The notes under the pieces: model-generated
Told to the model about the DNA's origin: nothing
Seen by the model: the letters and a program-made list of their open reading frames with translations, nothing else
Databases searched by the model: none
Position numbers and translations under genes: made by a program
Source of the DNA: Lepidodermella squamata
Lineage: Eukaryota; Animalia; Gastrotricha
Assembly (NCBI GenBank): GCA_047495785.1
Contig: JBLDXI010000013.1
Location: forward strand, 310,001-374,000
Reading direction: 5' to 3'
DNA: 64,000 bases
Part shown: positions 31,036-49,080 of the stretch, in pieces
Layout: each line of letters begins with the position of its first letter
Numbering within the stretch: position 1 is the stretch's first letter

Positions 31036-31694
31036 CTAGATCTTCAAGTTTAAAAATTCAATTACCGAAATCAGCGGACTGTAGGAAAAATTCAGGTTTT
31101 TTCCATGGCTCGTGATGTTGTCGTCAAAAGTGATTTCTCTTCGATATCGCTCAACACGATTCTTCAGGTCCCTCAGGCTGATGCTGTCATCGTTAACTGG
31201 ACTCCTTACAGGCAGAGAGTAATCTCGGATAGGCCGTCGAGGCGTGTCTGTAAAATTGCAAACATATAACAGCAATCCTCGTCAACTTAATTGATGAATT
31301 ACACGGGCTAGAAGAAGGCGACGTAGCCAGCTTAGAGGAGCGCGTTTCTTCGCCTCGGCGGGTCGTAACGACAACGATCTCGCTGAACTTTGGCGCATCG
31401 GTAGATATAGTTCTTGAGGCGCGTTCCAGCACTGTCTCTGGCGGCAAAGAGCGCCGAAAGATGTGCTGCGTTTCTGTAACCATGGTCGGATATCGCTATA
31501 TAAACAGGTAAAAATAAATACACGTTGGTTTTACTGCGTTAGCGATGAGTTTGATCGGTCACTTGAGAAATCGAATTTACTTTTCCGAGGTATTCAGGGT
31601 TAATCGAATGATAATACGGGAAGGAGTTGAAGTTCACGCGCCAATCGCTGCATTTCGGACAAGTCATAGAAACATGGTAGCGCCTACTGATCAT
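31036..31694 (-). CDS. Uncharacterised spliced protein, possibly with further upstream exons
   Basis: In-phase exons MISRRYHVSMTCPKC...YLGK|RYPTMVTETQH...SSSP|YTPRRPIRD...LNLKI* with short GT-AG introns. Confidence 0.4.
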
Positions 31695-33206
31695 GGTGAA
31701 CTAACGATCTTGAGACAAGTGAGAGTGGAGCAACTACGCTTCTATACTATGAAGCAACTATATGTTCATAGAGCTGTGAACTAGATATATCAATAATATT
31801 CACGTCTTCAGGCAATCGCAAACGCTAGGATGTACAAGCGAATTTGTAATGGTTCGTAGCGTAATATATCCGTCTCAAGACGAGCTATTAATGCTGCGGA
31901 AATGTGGCTGCTAGCGGTAAAAAGTAAGACGTCGCATTGGCCTACTGATCTCAGGAAACACAGGTGAATCGGTAGAGGAGGTTGAAAGGGCTTGAGAGAA
32001 GATGGAAACAGGGCAGCGTCGAGTGCAAACACATAAAACAACCTAAACAGAGCTTGAACGGGCGGATAAACCTCTCGGCCTGCCACTATTTTTTTGCGCT
32101 AAGATAACGTTTCATGGGCATCTAGCAGTTCATCAAGGTTCAAGAAGTCGTTTTATAGTCTCGCATTAGGAATTATTACGCTTTTATAAAGGTAACACAT
32201 CGCGTCCGGATATACGCAGCAACACACGTATCAAGTCGCTGCCCACAGGGATATTATTGCGATTTTTTACGATGCGAATAATAACTGAGAAAAAATGCAA
32301 TATACCGAAAATGATAGCGCAAATGATACCCTTGGAGCTTATGTAACAGAAGTGAACACACCAATGAAAAAAATTTGCACTGAGACGCCTCTCATTCCAT
32401 TGCACTGATGCAATAAAAATGTAAAAAAGACCGTGGCATCTGGCATGCTGATTCGGCCGTGAAAATGTTTCACATTAGCAATAACGATATAGCGCTTCCG
32501 TTAAGCTGTGCTCAAGATCGAAGAAGCTATTCCACATTCATCCATCGGTCTGCAAGTATTTTTTCATACCGCTTGAGCGAGATTAGTTATAAGCGCAACT
32601 CTTGTGTTTGCGTCTGGCGCAACATCGGCAACAACATCCAACCATCAACCATTACGGATAATGGTCGATTACGGCAGTACTGTTTTTTGTTTCGTATAAT
32701 AGCCGGGCCACTACAACCGGTTGTTCACGCGCATTGATATATCAAGACCCGACGAAATTCAGCGGGGTGCGCCATCGGAAGGCAGGCGAGCGCGCGTACG
32801 GAATGTGGGCGATGGCATCAATCTAATATAATAGAGGCTAAGCCTCGGTGTGAGTGTTCGGATGAGCATTTCAAGTTGGATATCAAATAAGCTCTGTCGC
32901 GAAATGAGAACATGTATCTTGATTCGCAATTCTTTCCTTATTCCTTCAACATAAGGTGCGGCAAGCAATCGAGCTGTTCTGTAACTTGGAAAAGGATTCA
33001 AAAACTTCTAAACTTTGGTTTTATTTAGGCCCAAAATTGCAGTTGACGTCATTACAGCAGCAAGCATCATATACGAATTCATGACACGATAAGTCTCGTG
33101 GCGATAGAAGCAACAATATTATAAAATAAATCATACCACTGCTATTACAATGAAAAATTATGTCTGCTGATGGAATTTACAGCATTGATAAGGCACTGGT
33201 TAGAAA

Positions 33207-35081
<1,875 letters not shown>

Positions 35082-35758
35082 CGCCAAAACTATTCAGCTA
35101 TTTAATCTCTATATCAATGCTGAACGGATGATTTAGTAATTGAGTGAAATATACGTTGGTGTTAAAATGTGTCGTTCACCTCACATGAAAATGTTCCGCA
35201 AGCTGTTATCAAGGCTAAAGCATTCGACCAACCTCTTGTTCAACTCGCTTTTATTTACGCAAGCCGCTCCGCGTCCGAACGGCACATACACGTACGACAC
35301 GCAACGAGAAAAGCAAAATAAACAATATGGTATCATTATCTTCAATTCTTACTATCGAAGGGCGAATCTCGGCGGAGTCGGCCAAATCCGCTAAAATAAA
35401 AAACTCATTCCGCCCAGAGGCGTGTGCATTAAACTTCCAGATGATTGCCACCAACTTAGCACATCGCCATAATTCATGACAGTTTTAACAATAATTTAGC
35501 GCAAGCAAAGCGATGTTAATGCGCTTTTCAAAATATTCGAGGCAATATGCGTTAAAATATCATTGACCATCAATGTAAGAATTCAATGCTATCAAGATTC
35601 AGCCATTTACGAGATGAAGGAAGTCTGTCACACAGTCTTGGCGATTCGGCAGAATAAACCGAGATTAAAAATGTCTTTACATAGAAAAGTTCAGAAATTT
35701 CTACTTTCCAGCGAAAAAAGCAAGCAAGCTAGGTGTTACAATAATAGAAAGCAAGCTT

Positions 35759-37241
<1,483 letters not shown>

Positions 37242-39002
37242 TGATTATAAAAAAATCTAGGAGGATGAATAAAATGACTGTTTTATTACATCAATCGTTC
37301 GACGGCGAAATTCCTAATTTTAGAGACAGTAACTTTTGAAATGTATCCCGTGAGTGACCAAGCAGAAAACTATGAAAATCAGAGCTTGCGGATTGCGGAT
37401 GCAAAGACTTGCGTTCAATTATTCAACGCTTACCGCTTATTGGTTTAGCCTTTTCACGAGAATCACGAGAAGATCAGCCATAAGTGGGATTCGGTAAACA
37501 CCCTCCTGTCGGGCAAAAAATTGCAAAAAAATATAGCTTACAGTTGAGATATTCAATTTCGAGTTAACCACGAAATAGAAATGTGAATAGGATTGACATG
37601 AATGATTTCTGCCAGAGTCTTTCAACTTCAAACGATTGAAATAAAGATTTATCGATTTTGGTAACCTATACTCTAGCTAAGCTAGCAATTTAGGAACTTC
37701 ATCAACCTGCTCTGCTTCATCAACCCCTGATCTACCGACAAATTGGGTCTTATGAACCTCTATGCTCTATTAAAGGGAATAGGTGCTAGGTGCATTAATG
37801 TCTGGCAGATGACGATAAAGATAACCAGCTGGGGACGCGGAGCGACGAAAAGGAGATGTTGTCACATGCTCCTGATGAGTAGCGAGGAAAGAGCAAGAAA
37901 GAATTGTCATGGATCTTGAGAAAATTGCCAAGAAATGCGCATGAGCGAAGAGCGAAGCGAATGCGAAAGCATGTCTTTTCATGAACAACAATAAAAAGTG
38001 CGATAAAATACGCAAATCACATAGAATGACAGCGATCGATGAAACGAAGACAGATTGGAAACCAGCTGTGCAAAAGGAAACAAAGATTCCAGCACCATTA
38101 TTCAGGAATTAAGCATCAGCATCACGCCCGATGCATTCATTCGATCCACCCAAAAAGCTGAGAACATTTACGCGGGTAAAAAGTTGATTCAGTCAAAAAT
38201 TATAAGGTTTCTAAAAAAATTACAATTTGACAAAATAACCCTTAAAATCTAACTTATTAATCTATAGTGAATTAAAAATAAATATCTATATCGCGGCATG
38301 TGTTTTGTGATTGTGATTCGTTCTTCGGCGCACGTCGCTCGAGTTAGAGTTTTGTGTAGTCCTACCTAGTTGAAATACGGATGACCGTTCAGTCACCGCT
38401 AAGCACCCGTGAAAACGATCACATATGATGAGCTAACAGGATGCCCTAACCCCTCAACCAGAATCGGTGACTGGGCTCCTCTAACTCTATCAATTCATCC
38501 ATGACTTTTGGAAGAAAACGTTACAGCGGAGCATTTGGAACTTTCTTATTCTTTTTTCAATTCCTTCTATGCACAAATGATACTGGAGTCCTCAATCTAT
38601 AAAAGTTTCTGTTAGCAAAAAGTTGTTGAGCTAAGTTGAGTTGAGTTTTGTTACATATCTGAGCTTTCCAACTCTCTGTGGATGAATGGCTCACAAATAA
38701 ATAAATAAATGAGTTGTATTTTGTTTACTTTGAGAAATCATTGCGCAAACGATGCAGAATGGTTTAAGCTATTACACATACAAAAGAAGGTCTCAGCAGT
38801 TCAGCAGAAAGCGTTGATACCAGTAACATTTGAAATAAAAAATTAATGAAGAAATCGTATCGGAGGAAGCAAAACTTTCCAACTGCTCTGGTTTACCGAA
38901 AAAAACCAGAGGTTCATGCATCAGGCCATTGATGAAAAGCTCACAGTGAAGCAACAAATGCGATTTTCAAATTCAACTTGTTGACACGATAAAAAAACTT
39001 AA

Positions 39003-39206
39003 GGCTCACGTGAGACGTACCAGGACGCAGGGGCTTGAATCCTCCTTAACAAAAATATCTGTGTTACGTGCCGGACTATGCATGAGCTGATCGCATTGAT
39101 TTGATGCACGACTTCTGCAAAAATAAGGTGTTTTGCTCATTAAAAGATAACACAACAACCACGCTTTTCTACAAGCTCCGGCGTCCTGGTACGTCTCATG
39201 AAGGCC
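39003..39206. repeat. Inverted-repeat pair, probably an old MITE
   Basis: Perfect 18-bp core TGAGACGTACCAGGACGC / GCGTCCTGGTACGTCTCA inside ~35-bp imperfect arms. No clear target duplication. Confidence 0.55.
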
Positions 39207-40004
39207 CCAGGGTATTAGACAGTCCTAGTCAACGGGGTGAAGGGCATTCGCCACGCAAAATTAATTTTCGGTTTTTCGTCTCAGTCATGCCTCGAATCAA
39301 GGTGATCGATTTTACACCATAAACAGAGGTGAAATTGCCCGGACTTGCGGAAAGCGGCTTTCCATAAATTCTACTTTATCGGATTTTTTTTCAAGAAATT
39401 CACCTGGATGGCATGAATTTATGACGGGGCGCTGCTCTATTGCTCGTCTCGCATTCGTCACATTCAGCATCGCATTCAAGTCGTTACATTCAACAACAAG
39501 CGAGCACGAAGACCTTCAGTCCGTGTTATATGAATTAAAACTTCGCTACCGTATTAATTTACTATGGATCATCCAACAGAATTAGGTGCTCTCGTGGTCA
39601 TGAGAGGCATCCTACCAGCTCAGGTAAGCCACCTTCTTTCGATCCACACCTGTCAGATGATGCTAACAAAAAAAAGATGAACATCGTAATCAGCGTCTTT
39701 TGGTGATACAAAGGTTGGTAATTTTTGTTTCTATCATCTATCATGATGAAATTCCCAGGATAAGTGGAAGTTAGTTCTGATGATGAACCCACTGCTAGGT
39801 TCCGTTGGGCTTTTGGAAGCAGTCAATATATCGATAAATTAATCGATGGATGGAAATGAAGGACAGTTGTGTATCATAGGCCCACGCGATAACTATTGCT
39901 CTCGCTATGAGATGATAGTGATAAAATTATAGGCGTCATGACTAATGCCGCAACTCCATTAGAATCAAATCAGTTCCATGTGAGAGAAATAAGTTAGCCT
40001 GACA

Positions 40005-40452
40005 AAGTGTTGGGGATTTGATTTTTCAGATTTTAGACCTTTTTTGGCTGTGATTAGATTTCAGGGATTATTTGAAAGAATAGCGATTTGATTGGCGCAA
40101 AAAATTTATTTCAGGGATTTCAAAATCAACTCCGGCAATAAACATCGTGGGAAAACGTCGTGGGAAATGCGCAAAATGCCGGGATGATCATAAGAAACTT
40201 CAAGTTTCTTTGGTTTAAACCCATCCTGGACAAAAAACTTCTTATTTGACATAATAAGAAATCCAATTTCGAGTAATAAACTTCTTGGACATGTTTTCCC
40301 TCGCGTTTTTTTGTGGTTGAATCTAGCATACATTTCCAGAGATTTCAGAATGGGATTTGATTTCAGTGTTTTGAGATTTGATTTTGGGAACAGGAAATGA
40401 TTTTAGAGGGAGGGAGATTTGATTTTGATTTCAAATCAAATCCCCAACACTG
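40005..40452. mobile_element. hAT-like MITE, copy 1
   Basis: TIRs (A)AGTGTTGGGGATTTGATTT / AAATCAAATCCCCAACACTG, 8-bp target duplication GCCTGACA (39997-40004 and 40453-60), GATTT subterminal repeats. Confidence 0.9.
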
Positions 40453-41021
40453 GCCTGACAGCACCAAGACAGGATGGTACGTATTTTATTATTATTATTT
40501 TTCGACTTGAGTCCAAGCTCCAGGCTTTAAATTTCAAATACTACCTAACAGCTGAATGGCTGCTTTGTTGGCTACTTGAACAGTTCGATATTTACAAGAC
40601 TCTGAGTACTAGTCACTAGTCATCGACGTTACCAACAGCTGCAGGTAAGGCCTACGAGATTTGAAGTATAGGCATAATGTGAGTTTCGTGGTGCTTTGAT
40701 CCATGGAACAGTAATAGGTCTGTGAGAAAAAGGACAGACATGGGTATATCAATATAACATTTACTTCCGAATTATATAAATGTAAGCAGCAGCATGCTGT
40801 GCGTGGGAGACATTGTAAGAAAATATCGCCGTCACGAATCATAAACATTTCTTGAATATATCGAATGATAATTTGCTGTAAGGTAGACCAGCGAGCACGA
40901 AAGCATTGACAATCTACTAGAACGCATAATAAATTGTATTTTCACCGAGAAAAGCTTAGATCATTGGCCGAAATTTGATCAATTAATGTATCCCCATCCA
41001 ACGCTCTTTGCAATTTAGATT

Positions 41022-41738
<717 letters not shown>

Positions 41739-42420
41739 CTAAAACCAAAATATATGTCTCAATGAGTCAACTTTATTACACAAATTTGATGAAAACATTG
41801 TACACGAATCGTTAGGAAAATGTCTCGACTGCTAAAGAAAACACAAAAATTTTCAATTGAAAATTGCGAAACATAGTTAGTTGCAAAGGCTGACGATGTA
41901 TCTGTTCATGTGCTTCTCAGTCGATTAACTAGTGATGTCAGCAATGTATTTCCATTTTAGAAGAAGGTATCTTACAAATTAAGTCGAACAATGCCAACTC
42001 GAGTTGGCGTTAGAGAAAAGCAAAACAATGCAGCATTCATAGCTCTGTATCAGATTAGATGGATATGCATTGTTCGAAATATTTTGCTGATCTACTATAA
42101 GGAGTAATAATGCGTGTCTACAGATAGTACTATGACAAATTTATGCATCAGGTAAGAATTACCCGCTGCTAGTTTAACAGTAAAAAATTACTACTGATTA
42201 CTGATATTACAAAAATAAGATACATTGCTGAATAAAAAAATCGACAATTATCAATGAATAGAAGCACGACGTCAACGGCTGGTGATTTAACGATTTCCAC
42301 TCTGAAGGCAACAACAGGTGGCCGTATCAGAATCGGAAAACTTTCAATTATTCAGAAACATCCGCCCGTGCAAATGATGATAGGCCAAGGTGATTATATT
42401 AGTAGCAATCAAGTTGGGGT

Positions 42421-43383
42421 TTACACCGATATAGACGGAAAGAGACAGGAATCATCGCTTCCACTGGTACCGGTACTCAACTTTGTTTGGGGCTCCACAA
42501 GATCATCCTCGTAGTCGAGATCGAAATCACTCAGCTCCTCGCAAAGACTATTGTCCATACGCTTGTGCTCTGGTAGTAAGCAGCGACAGCACAAGAAAAC
42601 AACGCGTTTCAAACGACGATTATAGAAAAGATAATTGAAGGACCAAACGGCTTCGCTGAAAGGATCCGATGCGAAGTCTGGGTGATACGAGTAGATCTCG
42701 CATTCTGAAAATGTGATTAAGAAACCTCATCATATAAAAACAATTATGAAATGGACCTTACCGGGTAAACTTATTTCATCGTCAACAACGGTCCATAGCT
42801 GACTCGCGGATAGATGATTAGTGTCGCCAAGTGAAGCAAGAAGTTGCGAATTAACCGTTGACATGACAACCTCCAGATGAGGCTGTCGAAAAAATTCGCA
42901 AGATTTTGCACTATAAAGAATGTTTGCATTAGTAAACGGAGACAGTTGGCGACTGTACTATACCTGGAGAAATCATAATCGGGCTTAAAAGAGGCGTTTA
43001 GAACTCCTATTAAATAGGATAGAGTTTTTACGCTGACAGCATCTGTCATAGTCAGCAAACTGCCACCGCAGTCAGATCCATTACTTCGCCCATACGGACT
43101 TCTTGATGTGTTCTGATTCGACTGGCTATCAGGCAGTGACAATGGTACCAACGATTCTGGATTACCACCCCCTTCTTGACTGATAAGCTTTAACAGCCGC
43201 TTGTCGTTTCCCGCCATCTTGCAGGAATAACTCTCCAACCTAAATGCGCGTTATTAGGCGTTATCTCGAACAAATTTCACATCACGCGTTCGAAACTCAC
43301 CTAACTTCCAGGTGTCTATCAGCAACATCTGCCGACAGTAATGAGGACAAGGCATCAAATCTGGCGTTTTCTAAAAGCTTCAT
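42421..43383 (-). CDS. MAF1: Repressor of RNA polymerase III transcription MAF1
   Basis: [14 protein letters not shown]|[57 protein letters not shown], and an acidic tail. Confidence 0.94.
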
Positions 43384-44917
43384 TGGCACATCTAAATGAA
43401 GATAACACAGAATATGCATATAAAATCTATTAGATTTCAAATAGGTAGGTAAGGAGATAAATACTGACAATAGTGATTTGGTTTCGGGTGATAATATGAG
43501 AAATGATGATGTTGTTCGTCGGCAGGCATGGATAAACCTGATGCATCACAAAACTATGAGCTACGGCTTTGATTAATGATTTCTAATCCTTTTTTAACAA
43601 TGAAAAGGGCAGCTATCTATGTGTATGAAAATATTTCCCAAACATGACAGATTGCGGGCTATCAGTTCCGATAAAGTTTTCAATTGTGGATCGCAGTATA
43701 TTTCTCCAGCTATCAGCTATCTTAAATCCGATGATCCGATTCATAAAATACTCCAATTTTTCGGTTAAAATTTGAAATGTTTCCCAGTTCTCGCAACTCG
43801 CAACTATGTAACGCGGATGAGCCAAAGCAAATCAAGCAAGATAAATCAATGACTTTTGATTACGATCTCAAAAATATCAACTTTCAACTTCCATCTCCTA
43901 TATGAAAATTTCACAGTTTCAGCCTTAACTGAAACAACACTAAAGGCACATTCTACTACCAAAGAAACGACGGGCCTGGAAGAGCCAGAACCTGAGTGGG
44001 ACGTGGGACGCCTCCGGACCAATCTTACTAACGTAAAATGTGTGAGACCCTTGGAAAAAAACGTCGTCTTGCGCGATAAAGGAAGCGTCGAGATCACTTT
44101 GATGATTATAGCAAAAGTAAGTAAAAATCTCATATCGATAATAACATTCATAATACTTACAAAATATATAATGATTTATATTATAAACAGTCAGACACGC
44201 CGCATTATTTTTTTATTTCAGAAGAAGATTTCAGGAGACAGACGGCGGATGGACCTTAACAATGCCGGCATTATCCCCAATCCCTAGGTCTTAACATCAA
44301 TCAAATTTCAGCAGTATGGGCATTTGATCACATTCAGTTGCGAGAGTTACAAGAGGAGAGATAGAAACCTTAGTTACAACGACTAGAAAAGATGAATGGA
44401 TTGTTGATTGTTGTCTCAGGAGCCGCCAACTTTATGGGGATCGACTTATATCCAGCTCAGCATCACGACGCAAAAATATACCGGTCGGCGTGCGTTTTGG
44501 TTCAAAGTATTATACAGTGTCTGGCAACTCTTATCATGGGCAATAATATGACTGAAGGATATTATGTGACCATGGGTTAAGAGTCTGATTGAGGCAACGT
44601 ATGTCTTAATAATTGAAAATAGCCAGAATGATCAAAATAATAGATGCGAGATGATTAGAATGACCTAAAGATGATTTATCAACCATAACTAAATACTTGA
44701 GGCTAATCACATTAGAGGACAATAAACATAACGTTGTGGAAAATTTAATCAGAGTCATGGCCTCGCGGAACGAAGTTCAAGTCTTGCGAACACAAAATCA
44801 CGAGTCAGGTCATATATATCTTCGCTTTCTCAAAAGAATTTCAGTTAGTTAATCATGTAAGTGGCCTATAACAGCCCGTTTTTTTCCTTGACATAACGGC
44901 AATCTCCTCGCTATAGC

Positions 44918-47330
44918 ATGTCTGATATCGAAATGCATCAACTCAGCGCAGCCCTGCCAGAAACCGGGTCCGAAAACGAGTTCTTCGTAAAAACCATGGC
45001 TCAAACGGCTTTTGCCTCCGACGGCATCCTCGATGCCAAGTTCGACTTCCGACTAACAAGGGCCCAGGTTGGCGAAGCGGCTTCCTCCATGAGTGGCGAA
45101 CCAGACTGGAAGCTGCTGTTCATCTCTCTGATCCTTCAGCACATCACTTCTGCGCCCATCAGGACCCGCGTTGTGAAGGCCATCGCCACCGCCTTCAAGG
45201 AAGCCCTTCTGCATGCTCCCCCCCCTCGCTGTTCCTGCTACTCTCCTGCCCTCTGTCGTCACCGCCTCTGCTGTACCGGATGCCCCTGCTGCTCTTCTTC
45301 CCCCCGGCCCTGGCTCTACTTCTGGCGCTAGCTACTTTCGTCGCCCTGCCCTGCCTTGCTCGCATTGCGGCAAACTTGGCCATGCTGCCAGCCGCTGTTG
45401 GGGGATTCTGGAGCGTCCAAAGCCAAAGCAAGCTAGCGATGACATGGCAAAACATCTCAAGCAAATGATCATGATGAAGATGCTAGCGAAACAACAAATA
45501 CCGGCGAAAAGATATCATCAACTGATACGGCAAGTTCAGCTGGCATCGAAACCTGGATGTGGCCGTATTCCAGCCCTGGAAAACGGGAAGGACGAAATGG
45601 GACGGCTCATCATGGTATCTGACGACATGGATAAGGCGCAGCTATTAGCCGATCACTTTCAAGAGAAGATGGAACTACCACCACGGCAAGGAAATTGGAG
45701 CGACGAGGTGCAAATTCTGGTAATAGCTAGCACAATTGCAGTCAGCAAATCGGAGATAGCTCAAAGACTGAAGCAGCTGAAACCAGGAAAGTCACCGGGA
45801 CCGAGCGGAGTCGGCACGAAGCCACTGAAAATGTTGGCCGACTGGATTTCAGAACCACTCGCACTGTTGTGGAAGAAAATGCTTCCTGAAGGTACCTGGC
45901 CATCAGTCTTCAAGGTCGTTAACGTATGCCCAATTTTCAAGAAGAAGTCTAAATCGAACAAGGCCAACTATCGACCCGTGGGTATGGGTGAACACGTAGG
46001 CAAAGTCCTGGAGAGAATACTTGCTGAACTAGTCGTAAAAACCGCGATAGCTAACGGAGTAATACCTCCAGAACAAGCCGCCTTCCTGTCAGGCTGCGGC
46101 ACAACCGATACCACTGTCCGTATTTGCTGTCCGTGGTAATCGACATCATCTCCGCGATAAACGACAGAAAATATTTTATCCTCCGCCAAACTGATGTTAG
46201 TGGGGCGTTCGACAGAGTGGAGAGATCTCTTCTTCTCGACATTCTTTGGAAATCTGGCATACAGGGACAAGTTCACGCTATGATCCGATCATTCCTGACA
46301 GACAGATACTTCCGTGTCTTGGTGGCCGGGGCGTCGTCGAGCCTTCGATCCGAAGATGCAGGTATCTGCCAAGGTAGTGCACTGGGGCCATCCCTCTGGC
46401 TCGTCTGGTATAGCGGAATCAGCCGATCGGCGCCCAAAATCGTGTCCGAAATCGTCGACCAGCCCAATTATACCACCCACCCGAGCCGTACACCTTCGCC
46501 CTTAACCTGGGAAGCACGAACCAATCAGATGTCGACATTGGAGAAGGCTATGCAGTGGGCGAGAGCTCACAGAGTCTCGATGGACCCGAAGAAGAGGATA
46601 GATACAAGGTTCTCCTATCCCCGTTTCAACTGTGGAAGAAGAAGACTGGATGAAGATAGCTCGCTTGAAAGCACCAACCCCTCGAAAGCGGGCCACTACA
46701 ACGCTACTGGGCCTAGTACTCGACACCGGTCTATCAATGGAGGAATGCATGACCAAGAAGATCGGTCAGGCCAACAGGGCAATCACGCAGCTCCTAAGAC
46801 TGAGACCTTACTTATCGACACGCCAGCTCGAAAATGCTTACAAGACCTACGTTCTACCATACCTCGAATTCGCTATGGTTCCATACACATTCGCGGCGTC
46901 GGCTAGCACCTTGGAGAAACTCGATGCAGTTCAAAACAGATTTGTGAAGATGACGGAAGCCAAATTGACACCGCTGGGCCATCGCAGATTCGTCGGGTGA
47001 TGACGTATCTCCACAAAACAGGTGGTAGCAGGTCGGGGGACGAAACAAGTCCGCTCGAAATTTATAAAAATCCCGAAGCCGAATACAAGAACGAGGGCAG
47101 CGAGCGAGAAACACCACCATCAACTACAGCTCGCAAAATCGTCGAAGAACAGGGTCGACACGGCACCTTTCCGAAGGATGCAAGAGATCGTCAATCAATG
47201 GAACGATACCTTCCCTGACACCGTCAACATCACAATATTTAGAGAAAAGTTGAACGTCCTAGGGCGTCGGCTATAAGCCTACTAATGATAACTGTGTGCG
47301 CCTGAATTTTTTCGTAAATAAAAAAAAAGA
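44918..47330 (+). mobile_element. Decayed LINE (CR1/L2/jockey-group-like RT) with a CCHC ORF1-like region, endonuclease missing, A-tail
   Basis: CSHCGKLGHAASRC zinc knuckle, KSPGPSG, PIFKK...NYRPV, DVSGAFDRV, ICQGSALGP, LLGLVLD, YKTYVLPYLEF. Several frameshifts; ends AAATAAAAAAAAA at ~47316-28. Confidence 0.9.
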
Positions 47331-47873
47331 TGCTAGAAGACTAACTTCGAATTTTTCTCCTGTGATTTTGAAATTGATCGTGATTTATTTTTTTATTTTC
47401 TTTTCCTCATTAGAACGTAAGACGTTCACTTGTAAGGGAGGGGCATATGAGAGGGTCGCTATGTTCCCTGTCCCAATTATTAGTTCATTAGTCCATTCTT
47501 ATTATTCTAGCTAGCGCTCGGGACAATAATATCACGTGACGCACTTCATTATAACTCATCTAATTTGGCGTCCTCTTGGCTATATAAGCCTTAAAGAATA
47601 ATAATAAAATACCCGAGATACATAACGACATAACTAATTCGGCTTGTGTATTCAGTCTAATCGCTGTTATTAGTTTGCCCCCGAACCAGGTCAGGGATAA
47701 CAACCCTTCAACGACGCTCGTGGCGGCGTTGCTCTGTTTCTTCGGGAGCGCTCTCGCGGTCGCCGAGCGGCGGCTGGCTCTGACCGGTCGCAAGCTTAGT
47801 GCATCACTTCGTCACCCGTCTTGGTCTGACAGTTCTCTATTCGCCTCCCACGCATGTGTCGAAGGCTCACAAG

Positions 47874-48389
47874 CAGTGTTGAGGATTTGATTTTTCAGAT
47901 TTCGATTTTCAAGATTTTAGACCTTTTCTGGCAGTCATTTGATTTCAGGGATTGATTTCAAGAAACAAAATATTTGATTGATTGGCGCAAAAAAGCTTGA
48001 TTTCAGGGATTTTAAAATTAAATACGGCAATAAACATCGGGGGAAAATAGTGACCCGTACGCGCAAATTGTCGAGATAATCATAAGAAACTTTAATTTTT
48101 ATGGGGTTTAAACCCATCCTGGTCAAAAAACTTCTTATTTGACATAAAAAGGGACCCAATTTCTTCAAACTTTGCTCATATGCTCCAGTAGGAAGTGATG
48201 TAATGTGAGTAATCATCAATGATCTAAGTAAAAGCCAACATAATCCAAGTAAAAACCAGTTGAATCTAGCAGATAATTGATTTCCAAATATTTCGACGAT
48301 TTTGTGATTTGATTTTGGGATCAGGAAATGATTTCAGACGGAATGAGATTTGATTTCGATTTCGATTTCAAATCAAATCCCCAACACTG
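47874..48389. mobile_element. hAT-like MITE, copy 2 (same family as 40005-40452)
   Basis: TIRs CAGTGTTGAGGATTTGATTT / AAATCAAATCCCCAACACTG, 8-bp target duplication CTCACAAG (47866-73 and 48390-97), internal similarity to copy 1. Confidence 0.9.
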
Positions 48390-48719
48390 CTCACAAGACC
48401 CTGTCTACGCTCGATATCTGGATTGTCAACGACGCTGCTCTCCATCTTATCGACGGTGGCGTGTCTGTTGGCGACCGACTTGGCAGCGACCACGGTGGAG
48501 ACGGTTCCACGCAGCACGCACGCGCCTGGAAACGCTAAACGACACCGAAATTGAATCAGTTTTACAAATAGATTCAGACTTCGTTATTCAGTTGCTAGGA
48601 TCAAATTCGCTCAAAGAAAATGGAAAGAAGTCTCAAGTCATGATTATCTTATAGTTCATCGGTACCAAAAATTACTATTACAGGTTTTTGAGGACAAACA
48701 AGTTGATCTGACAAAATCA

Positions 48720-49080
48720 ATGAAACTTCTCGGAGTAATTATCGATGACGACTATCGGAAACATGTCGATAAAGCATGTGCCAAAGCACGGAAATGACTT
48801 TTCGCATTAACTGTAGCATCAAAAAATGGCCTCAGTGGAAATTGTTTGAAAGCTATGGGCTTAGATTCTCCCACCTGCATTACAATAATCACCGCTTTTG
48901 TTCCGATTCAAGGTCATCGATATCCTGTAATGAAAAAGACGAATACACGGCTGGACAGAAGTCCAAACGAGATAACGTATATGTTTTATACGCTCTAAAT
49001 CGGAGGGCCTTAGAAGAATTTGGCTACCATTCCGTTGATACGATTACATTTCGCTGCAAGAGACTGGCAATGATCTGAAA
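48720..49080 (+). mobile_element. Old LINE (CR1/L2-like) RT C-terminal fragment
   Basis: MKLLGVIIDDDYRKHVDKACAKARK*LFAL resembles the post-RT KxLGVxxD...HxxxxxxKA motif. It contains stops and indels. Confidence 0.55.

Noticed and set aside
43503-43541. ATGATGA...CTGA upstream of MAF1 as a snoRNA
   Set aside because: Only ~39 nt, antisense to MAF1, with no guide complementarity.
43917-44287. Two exon-like segments on the plus strand divergent from MAF1
   Set aside because: The splice sites look plausible, but I found no start exon or homology. Too weak to call.
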